From: an uncultured delta proteobacterium
Lineage (GTDB): Bacteria; Myxococcota; Myxococcia; Myxococcales; Anaeromyxobacteraceae
Assembly: GCA_963814585.1 (NCBI GenBank)
Contig: CAWFDF010000003.1
Location: 224,001 to 288,000, forward strand
Length of the DNA stretch: 64,000 nucleotides
Direction of reading: 5' to 3'
Part shown: piece after piece, positions 1 through 9,939 of the stretch
How positions within the stretch are numbered: position 1 is the stretch's first letter
How the letters are laid out: each line of letters opens with the position of its first letter
Made by a program: the position numbers and the translations under genes
Notes under the pieces: generated by a model
Told to the model about the DNA's origin: nothing
Databases searched by the model: none
The model's input: only the letters and a program-made list of their open reading frames with translations

Positions 1-376
1 TCCGCTCCAGCCGGCGCAGGTTGGGGCCGGTGTCGAGCGGCTCGACCAGCATCACCAGGTCCACGTTGGCGGCCAGCACCTGCTCGCCGGTGGCGGCTCC
101 GGCCGACTGGCGCGAGAGCGCCGAGCGCCGGGCCAGGACCCGGCGAAGCACCGCGCCCCCGTCCGGCAGCCGCTCGCAGAGGACCCAGTCGCCCACCGCG
201 GCGGCGCCGTGGAGCGCCGCCGGCAGCATGGCCGGCCGCTCCTCGCCGCCGAGGTCGAGGAGGAGCCGCGCCCCGAGATCGACGAGGACGCGCGCGGGGG
301 CGAGCCCGGCCTCGGCGGGCAGGTCGAGCTGCCGTGAGAACCATGGACCGAAGCCGAGAGCTTCGAGCGGCGTCAT
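1..376 (-). CDS. rsgA: Ribosome small subunit-dependent GTPase A, N-terminal part (runs off the window; not in the ORF track)
   Basis: Manual translation from ATG at 376: MTPLEALGFGPWF...AAVGDWVL...RRSALSRQSAG...EQVLAANVDLVMLV...NLRRLER. These are RsgA OB-fold and pre-GTPase motifs. Confidence 0.85.
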   Translation of the reverse strand, partial: MTPLEALGFGPWFSRQLDLPAEAGLAPARVLVDLGARLLLDLGGEERPAMLPAALHGAAAVGDWVLCERLPDGGAVLRRVLARRSALSRQSAGAATGEQVLAANVDLVMLVEPLDTGPNLRRLER

Positions 377-613
377 GCGGACGGGATGCTAGCCCGTGTT
401 CGACACCGGCAGGGATCCCTGGGCCGGCGGCCTGTCCGGGGGCGGGTGGGCCGGGCGCGCCATGTAGGTGATTGTCTTCCTTTTCCCCTGCCCCCTCGGG
501 GCGTTGGCGGCGTCCGCGGCTCCGTGGGAGCCTGTCCCTCGATCGCGTGACGGACCCTTCTCGAGCCCGTCCCGGCGATCGACGACCTGCATCGCCGCAC
601 GGGGAACCGCCAC

Positions 614-2182
614 ATGCGCCACCGCCTCACGCCCATCGCCGCAACCGGCCTCACCCTCCTCCTCGCCGTCCTCCTCGCCGCCTGCGGGCAGGCCACGGTC
701 ACCGAGACCGTGCCCTCCATCGCCGTGGCGATCGACCCGGCGGCCGCCACCCTGGTCGTCGGCGGCACCCGCACCTTCACGGCCACGGTCACCGGGACCG
801 GCAACACCAGCGTGAACTGGACGGTGCGGGAGGGCGCCACGGGCGGGGGCATCTCGAGCGGGGGCGTCTACACCGCCCCTTCCCTGCCCGGCACCTACCA
901 CGTGGTGGCGACCAGCGTGGCCGACGCGACCAGGAGCGGCGAGGCCACCGTGACGGTGACCGCACCGGCCGGGGTGAGCCTGGTGGTGAGCCCGCCAGCC
1001 GCCACCCTGGTCGTCGGCGGCACCCGCACCTTCACGGCCACGGTCACCGGGACCGGCAACACCAGCGTGAACTGGACGGTGCGGGAGGGCGCCACGGGTG
1101 GCAGCGTCTCGAGCGGGGGCGTCTACACCGCCCCTTCCCTGCCCGGCACCTACCACGTGGTGGCGACCAGCGTGGCCGACGCGACCAGCAGCGGCGAGGC
1201 CACCGTGACGGTGAGGGCCCCGCCCACCGGCGGGTGGCTCACCGTGGTCGGCAACCAGATCCGGACGCCGGACGGGCTCCCCTGGCGCGGCCGCGGCGCC
1301 AACCTCCACGACACGCGCGGCTGCAATGCCTGCACCTGGAACGCCCCGAACCCGGCCGAGGTCAAGCGGCGCGTCGACGAGCTGGTGGAGGGCTGGAACG
1401 CCAACTTCATCCGGCTGGACCTGGAGAGCTACGGCTCGGCCGGCGGCCGGGTCCACTGGCAAGGCGTCCTGGACGACCCCGGCTACCTGGCCGACATCCA
1501 GGACATCGTGGCCCACGCCACGGCCAAGCCGGGCGTCTACGTGCTGCTCTCGCTCTGGATCGACCCCAGCTTCACCGCCTCGGGCTGGCCGACGCCGGCC
1601 ACCAACCTGGTGTGGGCCAGGCTGGCGGAGGTCTTCAAGGACGAGCCGGGCGTGCTCTTCGGCCTGGTCAACGAGCCGCAGTCCAACTCCAACGGGGCGC
1701 AGGACGCCCAGGTGTGGGCCGCCATGGACGAGGCGGTGCAGGCCATCCGTGACGTGGAGACCGCGGCGGGCACGCCACCCCACGTCGTCGCCGTGCAGGG
1801 CACCCGGTCCTGGGCCAGGGTCCTCGACTACTACCTGACCCACCCCATCACCGCCGGAGGCGGCGTCAACATCGCCTACGAGACCCACGTCTACGATCCG
1901 TCCAGCACCTTCGCGGCCCGCTTCGAGACCCCCTCGGAGACCGTGCCGGTGATCATCGGAGAGTTCGGGCCGGCCTCCGGCTACATGACCGAGGCCGACA
2001 CCGCCGAGCTCATGGCCCGGGCCGAGGCCCACGGCGTCTCCTACCTGGCCTGGACCTTCCACGGGCGCTGCCCGCCCAACCTGCTGGTGGACAACTCGGG
2101 CGGCGGCTGCGGCGTCGGCATGCCGCTGACGCCGACCTCCTGGGGCCAGCAGCTGAAGACCCGCCTGGCCACGCCCTGGTGA
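614..2182 (+). CDS. Lipoprotein: two Ig-like repeats plus a GH5-family glycoside hydrolase domain
   Basis: Lipobox LLAAC; two near-identical 85-aa beta-rich repeats; GH5 clan-A motifs FGLVNEP (acid/base), YETHVY, IIGEFG (nucleophile) and LAWTF. Confidence 0.8.
   Translation: MRHRLTPIAATGLTLLLAVLLAACGQATVTETVPSIAVAIDPAAATLVVGGTRTFTATVTGTGNTSVNWTVREGATGGGISSGGVYTAPSLPGTYHVVATSVADATRSGEATVTVTAPAGVSLVVSPPAATLVVGGTRTFTATVTGTGNTSVNWTVREGATGGSVSSGGVYTAPSLPGTYHVVATSVADATSSGEATVTVRAPPTGGWLTVVGNQIRTPDGLPWRGRGANLHDTRGCNACTWNAPNPAEVKRRVDELVEGWNANFIRLDLESYGSAGGRVHWQGVLDDPGYLADIQDIVAHATAKPGVYVLLSLWIDPSFTASGWPTPATNLVWARLAEVFKDEPGVLFGLVNEPQSNSNGAQDAQVWAAMDEAVQAIRDVETAAGTPPHVVAVQGTRSWARVLDYYLTHPITAGGGVNIAYETHVYDPSSTFAARFETPSETVPVIIGEFGPASGYMTEADTAELMARAEAHGVSYLAWTFHGRCPPNLLVDNSGGGCGVGMPLTPTSWGQQLKTRLATPW
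743..1214 (+). repeat. Intragenic direct repeat, two ~217-bp copies (743-959 and 998-1214), period 255 bp
   Basis: Both copies start gccgccaccctggtcgtcggcggcacccgc and end gaggccaccgtgacggtga, with only a few mismatches. Confidence 0.95.
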
Positions 2183-2216
2183 GCGGCGGCCGGCGGGCCC
2201 GCCCCGGGGTGCGGCC

Positions 2217-3080
2217 CTACCCCGCGGTCCCGTGCCCGGCGCCGCGGGTGTAGTCGTACTCGGAGCCGAAGATGCTGTGCGGGATGAAGTAGACCGCCAG
2301 CGTGACCGCCAGCGCCAGGACCACGGCCGCCCGCACCCGCCTGGCGTCCCGCGAGGTGAGGAGCGCGCCGCCCGCCAGCAGCCAGGCCGCCAGCTCGACC
2401 ACCACCTTGTTGTCGGTCCAGTCGTAGCCGAACGGGAACCCCGACCACCAGACGCCGAAGGCGTACCACTGCACCAGCGGCCCGAGCGCGAAGGCGCCCA
2501 GCAGCAGCGACCCCACCGTGGCGGGGAGCAGCCGCCCCAGCGGGCCACCGGAGAGCGCCGCCAGCCCGGTACGGACCGCCAGCGTCATGGAGAGGAAGAC
2601 CACCAGGATGTGCGGCACCAGCACGAACGGCGGCACCGGCGCCTTGTAGCGGGCGAAGATGGGCCTCTCGCCGGTGACCGACCTCGGCCCCGAGCCGTCG
2701 TCGAGGTCGACGAAGAACTCGTACTTGCCGGCCCGCTCGGGGAGCGATGGCAGCGAGGCGCCGACGCCGCGCAGCTCCTCGCTGCTGCCGCGGCGCGTGA
2801 AGCGGAAGGTCCCTGGCGCCATGGACGTGGTCCGCCACGCGTCGTGGGACTTGTGCCGCCGCCAGCGGATCGACCCGGCCACGCCCGCCGGCACCGGGTC
2901 CGCCAGCATGAGCTGGAGCGGCGTGCCGATCTCCTCGCTGCGCAGGAACTTGTAGCGCACCGGGCCACGCGCCGTGTCGACGGTCCCCTCCAGCGGGTAG
3001 GTGGGGCCGGTCCTGTTCTGGAAGACGAAGCAGGCCACCGTCAGCGCCGCCGCGGCCAGCCACAGCAACATGCTCTTCAC
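2217..3080 (-). CDS. Hypothetical membrane protein (N-terminal anchor, extracytoplasmic domain, about 4 C-terminal TM helices)
   Basis: 287-aa ORF with GC3-biased codons and hydrophobic segments; no recognised motif. Confidence 0.7.
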   Translation of the reverse strand: MKSMLLWLAAAALTVACFVFQNRTGPTYPLEGTVDTARGPVRYKFLRSEEIGTPLQLMLADPVPAGVAGSIRWRRHKSHDAWRTTSMAPGTFRFTRRGSSEELRGVGASLPSLPERAGKYEFFVDLDDGSGPRSVTGERPIFARYKAPVPPFVLVPHILVVFLSMTLAVRTGLAALSGGPLGRLLPATVGSLLLGAFALGPLVQWYAFGVWWSGFPFGYDWTDNKVVVELAAWLLAGGALLTSRDARRVRAAVVLALAVTLAVYFIPHSIFGSEYDYTRGAGHGTAG

Positions 3081-3108
3081 GTGGTGCTCCTCGTTCCCCT
3101 GGCGCCGT

Positions 3109-3900
3109 TCACCTCCCCAGGAACCTCGGCGCGCGCCGCTCGGCGAAGGCCCGCCGCCCTTCGAGGATGTCCTGGCTCTCGAAGGCGCGCCGGCGCAGCT
3201 CGGCGATCTCGCCTCGCTCCGCCCCGGTCAGGCCGCGTTCGTGGGCCGTCTCCAGCAGCCGCAGGATCCGCTTCATCCCCTGCACCGCCAGCGGCGCGTT
3301 GCCCGCGATCTCGGCGGCCAGCGCCAGGGCCGCCCCTTCCGCCCCCTCGGCCGGCACCAGCCGGTTCACCAGCCCCCAGGCGTGGGCCACGTGGGAGTCG
3401 ATGGGCCGGCCGGAGAAGAAGAGCTCGCGCGTCCGCGCGCCGCCGACCAGCTGCAGGAAGCGGCGCAGCCCGCCCTCCGGGTAGACCACGCCCAGCTTGG
3501 CCGGCGGCAACCCCAGCAGGATCCCCTCCCGCGCCACGCGCAGGTCGCAGGTGGCCGCCAGCTCGAAGCCGCCGCCGTAGGCCGGCCCGTTGAGGTAGGC
3601 CACGGTCGGGCAGGCGACCGCCTCGAGCGCCTCGGCGGCCCGCTCCACCGCCTCGTCCGGCCGCTCGCCGCGCCCGTTCACCTGGCCCATCTCGGCGAGG
3701 TCGAAGCCGGAGGAGAAGGCCTCCTCGCCGGCGCCCCGCAGCAGCAGGCAGCGCACCCCGGCCAGCGCCGTGGTCGTGCAGGCCGCCTCCAGCTCGTCGA
3801 GCGCCCGGAAGTCGAGCGCGTTCCGCTTGGAGGGGTTGTCGAGGAGCAGGACCCGGACGGCCCCGAGGTCCTCGACCCGGATCCGGGCCGGCGGGCTCAT
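3109..3900 (-). CDS. Enoyl-CoA hydratase/crotonase-family protein
   Basis: Motifs AFSSGFDL, AYGGGFELAATCDLR and NAPLAVQGMK. Confidence 0.85.
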   Translation of the reverse strand: MSPPARIRVEDLGAVRVLLLDNPSKRNALDFRALDELEAACTTTALAGVRCLLLRGAGEEAFSSGFDLAEMGQVNGRGERPDEAVERAAEALEAVACPTVAYLNGPAYGGGFELAATCDLRVAREGILLGLPPAKLGVVYPEGGLRRFLQLVGGARTRELFFSGRPIDSHVAHAWGLVNRLVPAEGAEGAALALAAEIAGNAPLAVQGMKRILRLLETAHERGLTGAERGEIAELRRRAFESQDILEGRRAFAERRAPRFLGR

Positions 3901-4112
3901 CCCAGGATGACGAGGAGGTCGCCCTCGTTGACGGCCTGGGCGGTGACGCAGCGGATCTCCAGCACCGTCCCACCCACCAGCGCCTCGACCGGCATCTCCA
4001 TCTTCATCGACTCGAGGATGACCACCACGTCCCCCGGCGCCACGGTGTCTCCCATGGCCTTCTCGATGCGAACCACGGTCCCGGTGATGTGGGCTGCCAC
4101 CTTCTCGGCCAT
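3897..4112 (-). CDS. Stand-alone biotin/lipoyl carrier protein
   Basis: 71 aa with the biotinylation motif LESMKMEM; overlaps the start of the crotonase gene. Confidence 0.85.
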   Translation of the reverse strand: MAEKVAAHITGTVVRIEKAMGDTVAPGDVVVILESMKMEMPVEALVGGTVLEIRCVTAQAVNEGDLLVILG

Positions 4113-4203
4113 GTGGATCTCCTCACGTGATGCAGTGGGTCCCGGAAGGCTAGCCGCTCCGGGAGCGGCTGGCCACCACGGGTTGCAGGGCAGGTGGGGG
4201 AGC

Positions 4204-5064
4204 TCAGCCGCGCGCGGTGGGCTTGGGCGCGCCCGGCCGGGCGCGGCTCTCGTCCGAGTCCACCAGGGACTTCGGGTTGGGCTCGACCGGCGAGACCACG
4301 GCGGCGCGCGGCGGGGTGGTGACCCGGCCCTGCCGCGCCCTGAGGAGGAAGCGCACCGTGTCGGCGAGATCGAGGTACTTGATGGGCTTGTGCAGGAAGA
4401 GCGTGACGCCCATGGCGGCCAGCTCCTCGCGCTCCCGCTCGCCGCCCGAGGTGATGACCACCACCGGCAGGTGGGCCAGGCGGGGCTCGGCGCGGATGCG
4501 GTCCACCAGCTCGGTCCCGGAGACCTCCGGCATGAAGACGTCGGTGACCAGGACGTCGATGGACGGCCTCCGCAGCAGCCGGTCCCAGGCGGCGGCGCCG
4601 TCGTTGACCACCTCCACCGCCATCCCCTCCAGCTTGTCGGTCTCCGCCATCCGGCGCAGCGCCGCGGCGTACATGTTGGCCACCAGCCCGTTGTCCTCGC
4701 AGAGGAGGATGCAGCAGGTCGGTGTCGGGCGGCGCGAGGCGTTGGCGACGAAGCGGGTCACCTCGGCGAGCCGGGCCCGGTGGTCGGGCAGGTCGTCGGG
4801 CACCCGCACCGCCACGCCGCCGGGCTGATCGCCCTGTCCCGGCATGGAGCGGACCACCTCGACCGTCAGCTCGACCGGCTCGAGCAGCTGCGGAAAGGAG
4901 AGGACCAGCGTGGTCCGCTCACCGGGGGAGAAGTGCCGCTCGGTCCTGATGAGCAGGCCACTGCCGGAGAGGTTCTCCGTGTAGTCGAACACCGACTCGG
5001 CGTCGGGATACTTGACGGAGAGAACGAGTGGAAAACGGGGAAAGGCTCGGCGCTCCCTGGACAT
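4204..5064 (-). CDS. PilZ domain plus response-regulator receiver protein (myxobacterial type)
   Basis: N-terminal ERRAFPR...ENLSGSG (PilZ RxxxR and [D/N]xSxxG); C-terminal receiver LCEDN...VTDVFMP...LHKP. Confidence 0.8.
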   Translation of the reverse strand: MSRERRAFPRFPLVLSVKYPDAESVFDYTENLSGSGLLIRTERHFSPGERTTLVLSFPQLLEPVELTVEVVRSMPGQGDQPGGVAVRVPDDLPDHRARLAEVTRFVANASRRPTPTCCILLCEDNGLVANMYAAALRRMAETDKLEGMAVEVVNDGAAAWDRLLRRPSIDVLVTDVFMPEVSGTELVDRIRAEPRLAHLPVVVITSGGEREREELAAMGVTLFLHKPIKYLDLADTVRFLLRARQGRVTTPPRAAVVSPVEPNPKSLVDSDESRARPGAPKPTARG

Positions 5065-5307
5065 CTCGACTCCCGTAGGTCCCCCGGCGAACTGGCGTGA
5101 TCCGCGAGTCCGTGCAACACCTACATCCTAGCCCAGAGCCCTTCGGGGCTGAATTTTCTGCCCAAATTTTCTCTGGCATCCCCCATGGCCCGGCCCGGGT
5201 GGCAGCCCGGCGGCCGGCCTCGCCGCTGCGACGGCCGGCACTCCTGGCTTGACGAGGCCCGTCCGGCGTTGCCTAATCGACGGTTCCCCCCGCCTCACGA
5301 GGACCTC

Positions 5308-6663
5308 ATGCAGACCAAGTTCCTGCTCGGCGAGAACCGGATCCCCACCCACTGGTACAACGTCGTCGCCGACCTGCCTGCGCCCCCGGCCCCGGTGCTC
5401 CACCCCGGCACGCTCAAGCCGGTCACGCCCGCCGACATGCTCCCGCTCTTCCCGCCCGGCCTGCTCGAGCAGGAGATGTCGGCGGAGCGCTGGATCAAGA
5501 TCCCCGACCAGGTCCGCGAGATCTACCAGCTCTGGCGCCCCAGCCCGCTCATCCGCGCCCATCGCCTGGAGAAGCTCCTGGGCACGCCGGCCAAGATCTA
5601 CTTCAAGTACGAGGGGGTCTCGCCGGCCGGCTCGCACAAGCCCAACACCGCGGTGCCGCAGGCCTACTACAACAAGCTGGCCGGCACGAAGCGGATCGCC
5701 TCCGAGACCGGCGCCGGCCAGTGGGGGTCGTCGATCGCGCTGGCCTGCCAGATGTTCGGCCTGGAGTGCACCATCTACATGGTGAAGATCTCCTACGGCC
5801 AGAAGCCCTACCGGAAGTCGATGATGGAGCTCTGGGGCGCCGAGGTGCTGGCCTCGCCCAGCCCGCGCACCAACGCCGGCCGCTCCATCCTGGCCCGTGA
5901 GCCCGACAACCAGGGCTCGCTGGGCATCGCCATCTCCGAGGCGGTGGAGGACGCCGCCACCCACGACGACACCCGCTACGCGCTCGGCTCGGTGCTCAAC
6001 CACGTCTGCCTGCACCAGACCGTCATCGGGCTGGAGGCGAAGGAGCAGCTCAAGGACGCCGGCGACTACCCCGACGTGGTCATCGGCTGCCACGGTGGCG
6101 GCTCCAACTTCGCGGGCATCGCCTTCCCCTTCCTGGCCGACAAGGCGGCCGGCAAGCAGGTCCGCCTGCTGGCGATGGAGCCGACCTCCTGCCCCACGCT
6201 GACCAAGGGCGTCTACGAGTTCGACTTCGGCGACACCGCCAAGATGGCCCCGGTGGCCAAGATGTACACGCTCGGTCACGACTTCATGCCGCCGGGCATC
6301 CACGCCGGCGGCCTGCGCTACCACGGCGCCTCGCCCCTGGTCTCGCAGGTGGTGCACCACGGCCTGGTGGAGGCCCGCGCCGTCGGCCAGCTGGCCTGCT
6401 TCGAGGCGGCGGTGATGTTCGCCCGCGCCGAGGCCATCATCCCGGCCCCCGAGTCCTCGCACGCCATCCGCGGCGCCATCGACGAGGCGCTGGCGGCCAA
6501 GGCGGAGGGCAAGCCGCGCACCATCCTCTTCAACCTCTCCGGCCACGGTCACGTCGACATGGGCGCCTACGACGCCTACTTCGCCGGGAAGCTGGAGGAC
6601 TTCGAGTACCCGGCCGAGAAGGTCAAGGAGTCGCTGGCCCACCTGCCCAAGGTCGCGGTCTAG
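5308..6663 (+). CDS. trpB2: TrpB2, type-2 tryptophan synthase beta (PLP enzyme)
   Basis: [16 protein letters not shown] (PLP Lys), [38 protein letters not shown] at 5308 follows a GAGGA RBS. Confidence 0.92.
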   Translation: MQTKFLLGENRIPTHWYNVVADLPAPPAPVLHPGTLKPVTPADMLPLFPPGLLEQEMSAERWIKIPDQVREIYQLWRPSPLIRAHRLEKLLGTPAKIYFKYEGVSPAGSHKPNTAVPQAYYNKLAGTKRIASETGAGQWGSSIALACQMFGLECTIYMVKISYGQKPYRKSMMELWGAEVLASPSPRTNAGRSILAREPDNQGSLGIAISEAVEDAATHDDTRYALGSVLNHVCLHQTVIGLEAKEQLKDAGDYPDVVIGCHGGGSNFAGIAFPFLADKAAGKQVRLLAMEPTSCPTLTKGVYEFDFGDTAKMAPVAKMYTLGHDFMPPGIHAGGLRYHGASPLVSQVVHHGLVEARAVGQLACFEAAVMFARAEAIIPAPESSHAIRGAIDEALAAKAEGKPRTILFNLSGHGHVDMGAYDAYFAGKLEDFEYPAEKVKESLAHLPKVAV

Positions 6664-6684
6664 TCCAGGCGGCGTCGGGTCGGC

Positions 6685-7587
6685 TCAGCGCGGGACCTCG
6701 CCGAAATGCCAGGTGAAGTCGAGCCAGGGGACCGGGAAGCTGCTGCCGCTGGTGAAGAGGAACCCGGCGTCGACGCCGAGCCGGTCGCCGATGAAGCGCA
6801 CCGCGGCGCTGCCGAGCCACTCGGTCGTGCCCTCCACCTGGACGAACCAGTTCTCGCTCACCAGGGCGATGGGGCGGGCGACGCGCCAGTTGCCGGAGAC
6901 CGAGACCACCACCTTCCCGAGCTCGCTGGTGCCGCTGCCGATGGCGAAGGCCGGCCCGGCCGAGACCCCGAGGTTCAGGTTCTCGGTCCCCAGCGTGACG
7001 GTGCCGAAGACCAGGCCGGCCGCGCCGGTGGCCAGGCCTGGCGCGGCGAAGGCCTGGAAGCCCAGCGCCAGGTGGAGGTGGTCGGAGGGCGAACCGCCCG
7101 CCTTGAGGGCCACGGAGAAGGGCAAGGTGGACGGCTCGTAGATCAGCCAGGGGAGGATCGTCCCGGCCTGCAGCGTGAGCCAGTCGGTGAGGCCGAAGCC
7201 GACGGTGGTGAGGATCAGCTCGGTCTGGGAGAGATACCCCTCGCCCTGGCGGAGCATGAAGCCGGTCGGGGAGTAGAGGTAGCGGGTCCGGTTGGGATCG
7301 CGCGGCCAGGCCCCCTCGGCGGCCTCGCTGCCCGGCAGCGCCAGCACCTGGATCGAGCCGGCGGGGACCAGCATGCGCGCGCCCGAGGACTCGATGGTGA
7401 CCCCGCTGGCGTCCTGGCTGACCAGCCTTCCCTTCAGCTTCTGGCCGTCCTTCAGCACCAGCACCACGTCCTGGCCGGGCTGTGGCGCGGGCGCGGCGGC
7501 GGGAGCGGCCGGCGGCGGGGCGGACTGCGCCCGGGTCACCGGGGCGGCGAGGGTGAAGCAGGCCAAGGCGGCGAGCCAGCGGTGCAT
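6685..7587 (-). CDS. Exported hypothetical protein, possibly outer-membrane beta-rich
   Basis: Signal peptide, Pro/Ala linker, short Sm-like segment (VLKDGQKLKGRLV), then amphipathic strands. Confidence 0.6.
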   Translation of the reverse strand: MHRWLAALACFTLAAPVTRAQSAPPPAAPAAAPAPQPGQDVVLVLKDGQKLKGRLVSQDASGVTIESSGARMLVPAGSIQVLALPGSEAAEGAWPRDPNRTRYLYSPTGFMLRQGEGYLSQTELILTTVGFGLTDWLTLQAGTILPWLIYEPSTLPFSVALKAGGSPSDHLHLALGFQAFAAPGLATGAAGLVFGTVTLGTENLNLGVSAGPAFAIGSGTSELGKVVVSVSGNWRVARPIALVSENWFVQVEGTTEWLGSAAVRFIGDRLGVDAGFLFTSGSSFPVPWLDFTWHFGEVPR

Positions 7588-7699
7588 TCGCGAACTCCTC
7601 CTGGCGCCAGCCTACCGGACGGACGCCGGCCCGCAAGTGTGCGGACGGCACGATCCGCCCGGTCGACGGCCGGGCCCGGTCCCGGCCCGCAAGGAGTCT

Positions 7700-7731
7700 C
7701 TGGACAATTCCAGCAAAAGCGTACCAGAATG
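7700..7731 (+). promoter_or_regulatory. Conserved 32-bp element upstream of iorA (copy 1)
   Basis: ctggacaattccagcaaaagcgtaccagaatg matches 35029-35060 at 27 of 32 positions; contains TGGACA-N18-CAGAAT. Confidence 0.75.
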
Positions 7732-7760
7732 CCTGCTATTCCGGATCGGGAGCCGACGTG

Positions 7761-9392
7761 ATGGAGAAGAGACTGCTGTCCGGCGACGAAGCCGTCGCCC
7801 TCGCCGCGCGCGACACGGGCATCGCCCTCGGGACCGGGTATCCCGGCACGCCCTCCACCGAGATCCTGGAGGCCTTCGGGGCCCTCGGCGGCCGCGCCCA
7901 GTGGGCGCCCAACGAGAAGGTGGCGCTGGAGGTCGGGCTGGGGGCCGCGTACGGCGGTGGCCGGGCCCTGGTGACCATGAAGCACGTCGGCCTCAACGTC
8001 GCCGCCGATCCGCTCTTCACCGCGGCCTACACCGGCGTCACCGGCGCCCTGGTGGTGGTCTCGGCCGACGACCCGGGCATGGCCTCCTCGCAGAACGAGC
8101 AGGACAACCGGCGCTACGCCATCGCCGCCGGCCTGCCGATGCTCTACCCGGCGGACCCGCAGGAGGCCTACGACTACCTCTTCCGGGCGGTCGAGCTCTC
8201 CGAGCGCTGGTCGACTGCCGGTCCTGTTCCGGATGACCACCCGGGTGTGCCACTCCAAGTCCCTGGTCACGTCGCGGGACCGGCCGATGGCGGCCCGCCT
8301 GCCCAGCTTCGAGCGGGACATCCCGGGTCGGGTCATGGTCCCGGCCTTCGCCCGCCCGGCCCACCGGAAGCTGCGGGCCAAGCTGGCCGACATCGCCGCC
8401 TTCGGCGAGACCAGCGATCTCAACACCGTCACCGAGGGAAGCCGGGACCTGGGGATCATCACCGACGGGGTCTGCGCCCTGCACGCCGCCGAGGCCTCGC
8501 CCGGGCGCCAGCTTCTTCAAGATCGGCCTGGTCCACCCGCTCCCATCTCAGCCGGCTCCGTGCCTTCGCCGCCAGCGTGAAGCGCTGCGTGGTCATCGAG
8601 GAAGGGCGACCCGGTCATCGCCGACGCGCTCCGCGCCGCCGGCATCGACGTCGAGTCGAAGCCGGAGATGTTCCGCTTCGGCGAGCTCGACGTGGGCCGG
8701 GTCCGCCGCATCCTGGCGGGCGACGTCTCACCCGAGCCGCCGCTCCCCAAGGGGAAGCCGCCGGAGCTCTGCGCCGCCTGCCCCTACCATCCGGTCTACG
8801 CCACGCTGCGCAAGCTCGACTGCATCGTGGCCGGCGACATCGGCTGCTACACGCTCGGCGTCATGGAGCCGTACCGGGCCATGGACACCTGCGTGGCCAT
8901 GGGCGCCTCGATCGGCGTCGGCCTCGGGCTGCGCCACGTCCTCCCCGCCGACCAGGCGCGGCGGGTGGTCTCGATCATCGGCGACTCGACCTTCATCCAC
9001 TCGGGCGTCTCCGGGATCATGGAGATGGTCTACAACCCGCCCGCGCATCGGGCACGTGGTCATCGTCCTCGACAACGGCATCACCGCGATGACCGGGCAG
9101 CAGGAGCACCCCGGGACCGGCCGCACCCTCGAGCACGAGGCGACCGGGAAGGTCTCCATCGAGGGGATGTCCAGGGCCATGGGGATCGAGACCATCGATC
9201 ATCGATCCCTTCGCCGACCCGGCCGGCTTCGAGAGGCTGCTGGTCGAGCGGCTGGCCGTCCCCCGGCTCTCCCTCATCGTCGCCCGCCGCCCCTGCGTGC
9301 TGGCGGCGGCCGACATCCGCGGCTGGGAGAAGGCGGCGGAGACGACCCGGGCGGCCCAGGCCTGCGGCGGCTGCGCCGCGGAGGACGCATGA
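7761..9392 (+). CDS. iorA: Indolepyruvate (aryl 2-oxoacid):ferredoxin oxidoreductase alpha subunit; about 6 frameshifts in this assembly
   Basis: GYPGTPSTEI, NEKVALE, MKHVGLNVAADP, SSQNEQD, LCAACPY, GDIGCY, IGDSTF and LDNGITAMTG are spread over several frames. Breaks near 8214, 8505, 8545, 8606, 9048 and 9200. Confidence 0.88.
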
Positions 9393-9896
9393 GCGCCAGG
9401 GTCACCAACGTCATCCTGGCCGGGCTGGGAGGACAGGGCGTCATCAAGGCCTCGGACATCCTCGCCGACGCCGCGGTGCGGGCCGGGTACGACGTCAAGA
9501 AGGCCGAGGTCCACGGCATGAGCCAGCGCGGCGGCTCGGTCACCTCCGACGTCCGCTTCGGCCCCAAGGTGCTCTCGCCGATGATCCCCGCGGGGCGAGG
9601 CCGACTTCCTGGTGGTGCTGGCCCCCTCCGAGGTCGAGGTCACCCGGCCGCTGCTGCGCCCGGGCGGCGTGCTGTTCGCGCCCGACTTCGTCCCCGAGGA
9701 GGAGCTCGCCAACCGGCGCAGCCTCAACGTGGCCCTCCTCGGCGCGCTCTCCGCCCACCTCGACATCCCCGAGGGGACCTTCCTCGACGCCGTGAAGGCC
9801 GCGCTGGCGGAGCGCCTCCACGCCGCGAACGAGCAGGCCTTCCGCCTCGGGCGTGCCCGCGGGGCGAGGACCGGCGCGGCTGCGGTCGGCACATGA
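9389..9896 (+). CDS. iorB: Indolepyruvate oxidoreductase beta subunit (frameshift near 9595)
   Basis: GLGGQGVI, EVHGMSQRGGSV and NVALLGALS; ATGA overlap with the iorA stop. Confidence 0.88.
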
Positions 9897-9939
9897 CGAA
9901 GGACTCGACGAGGGGCGCCCACGCCCCGGGAGGTCGACG

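Noticed and set aside
5185..5307. Trp-containing leader peptide or N-terminal extension of trpB2
   Set aside because: It is in frame with trpB2, has no tandem Trp codons and no stop, and the RBS supports a start at 5308.
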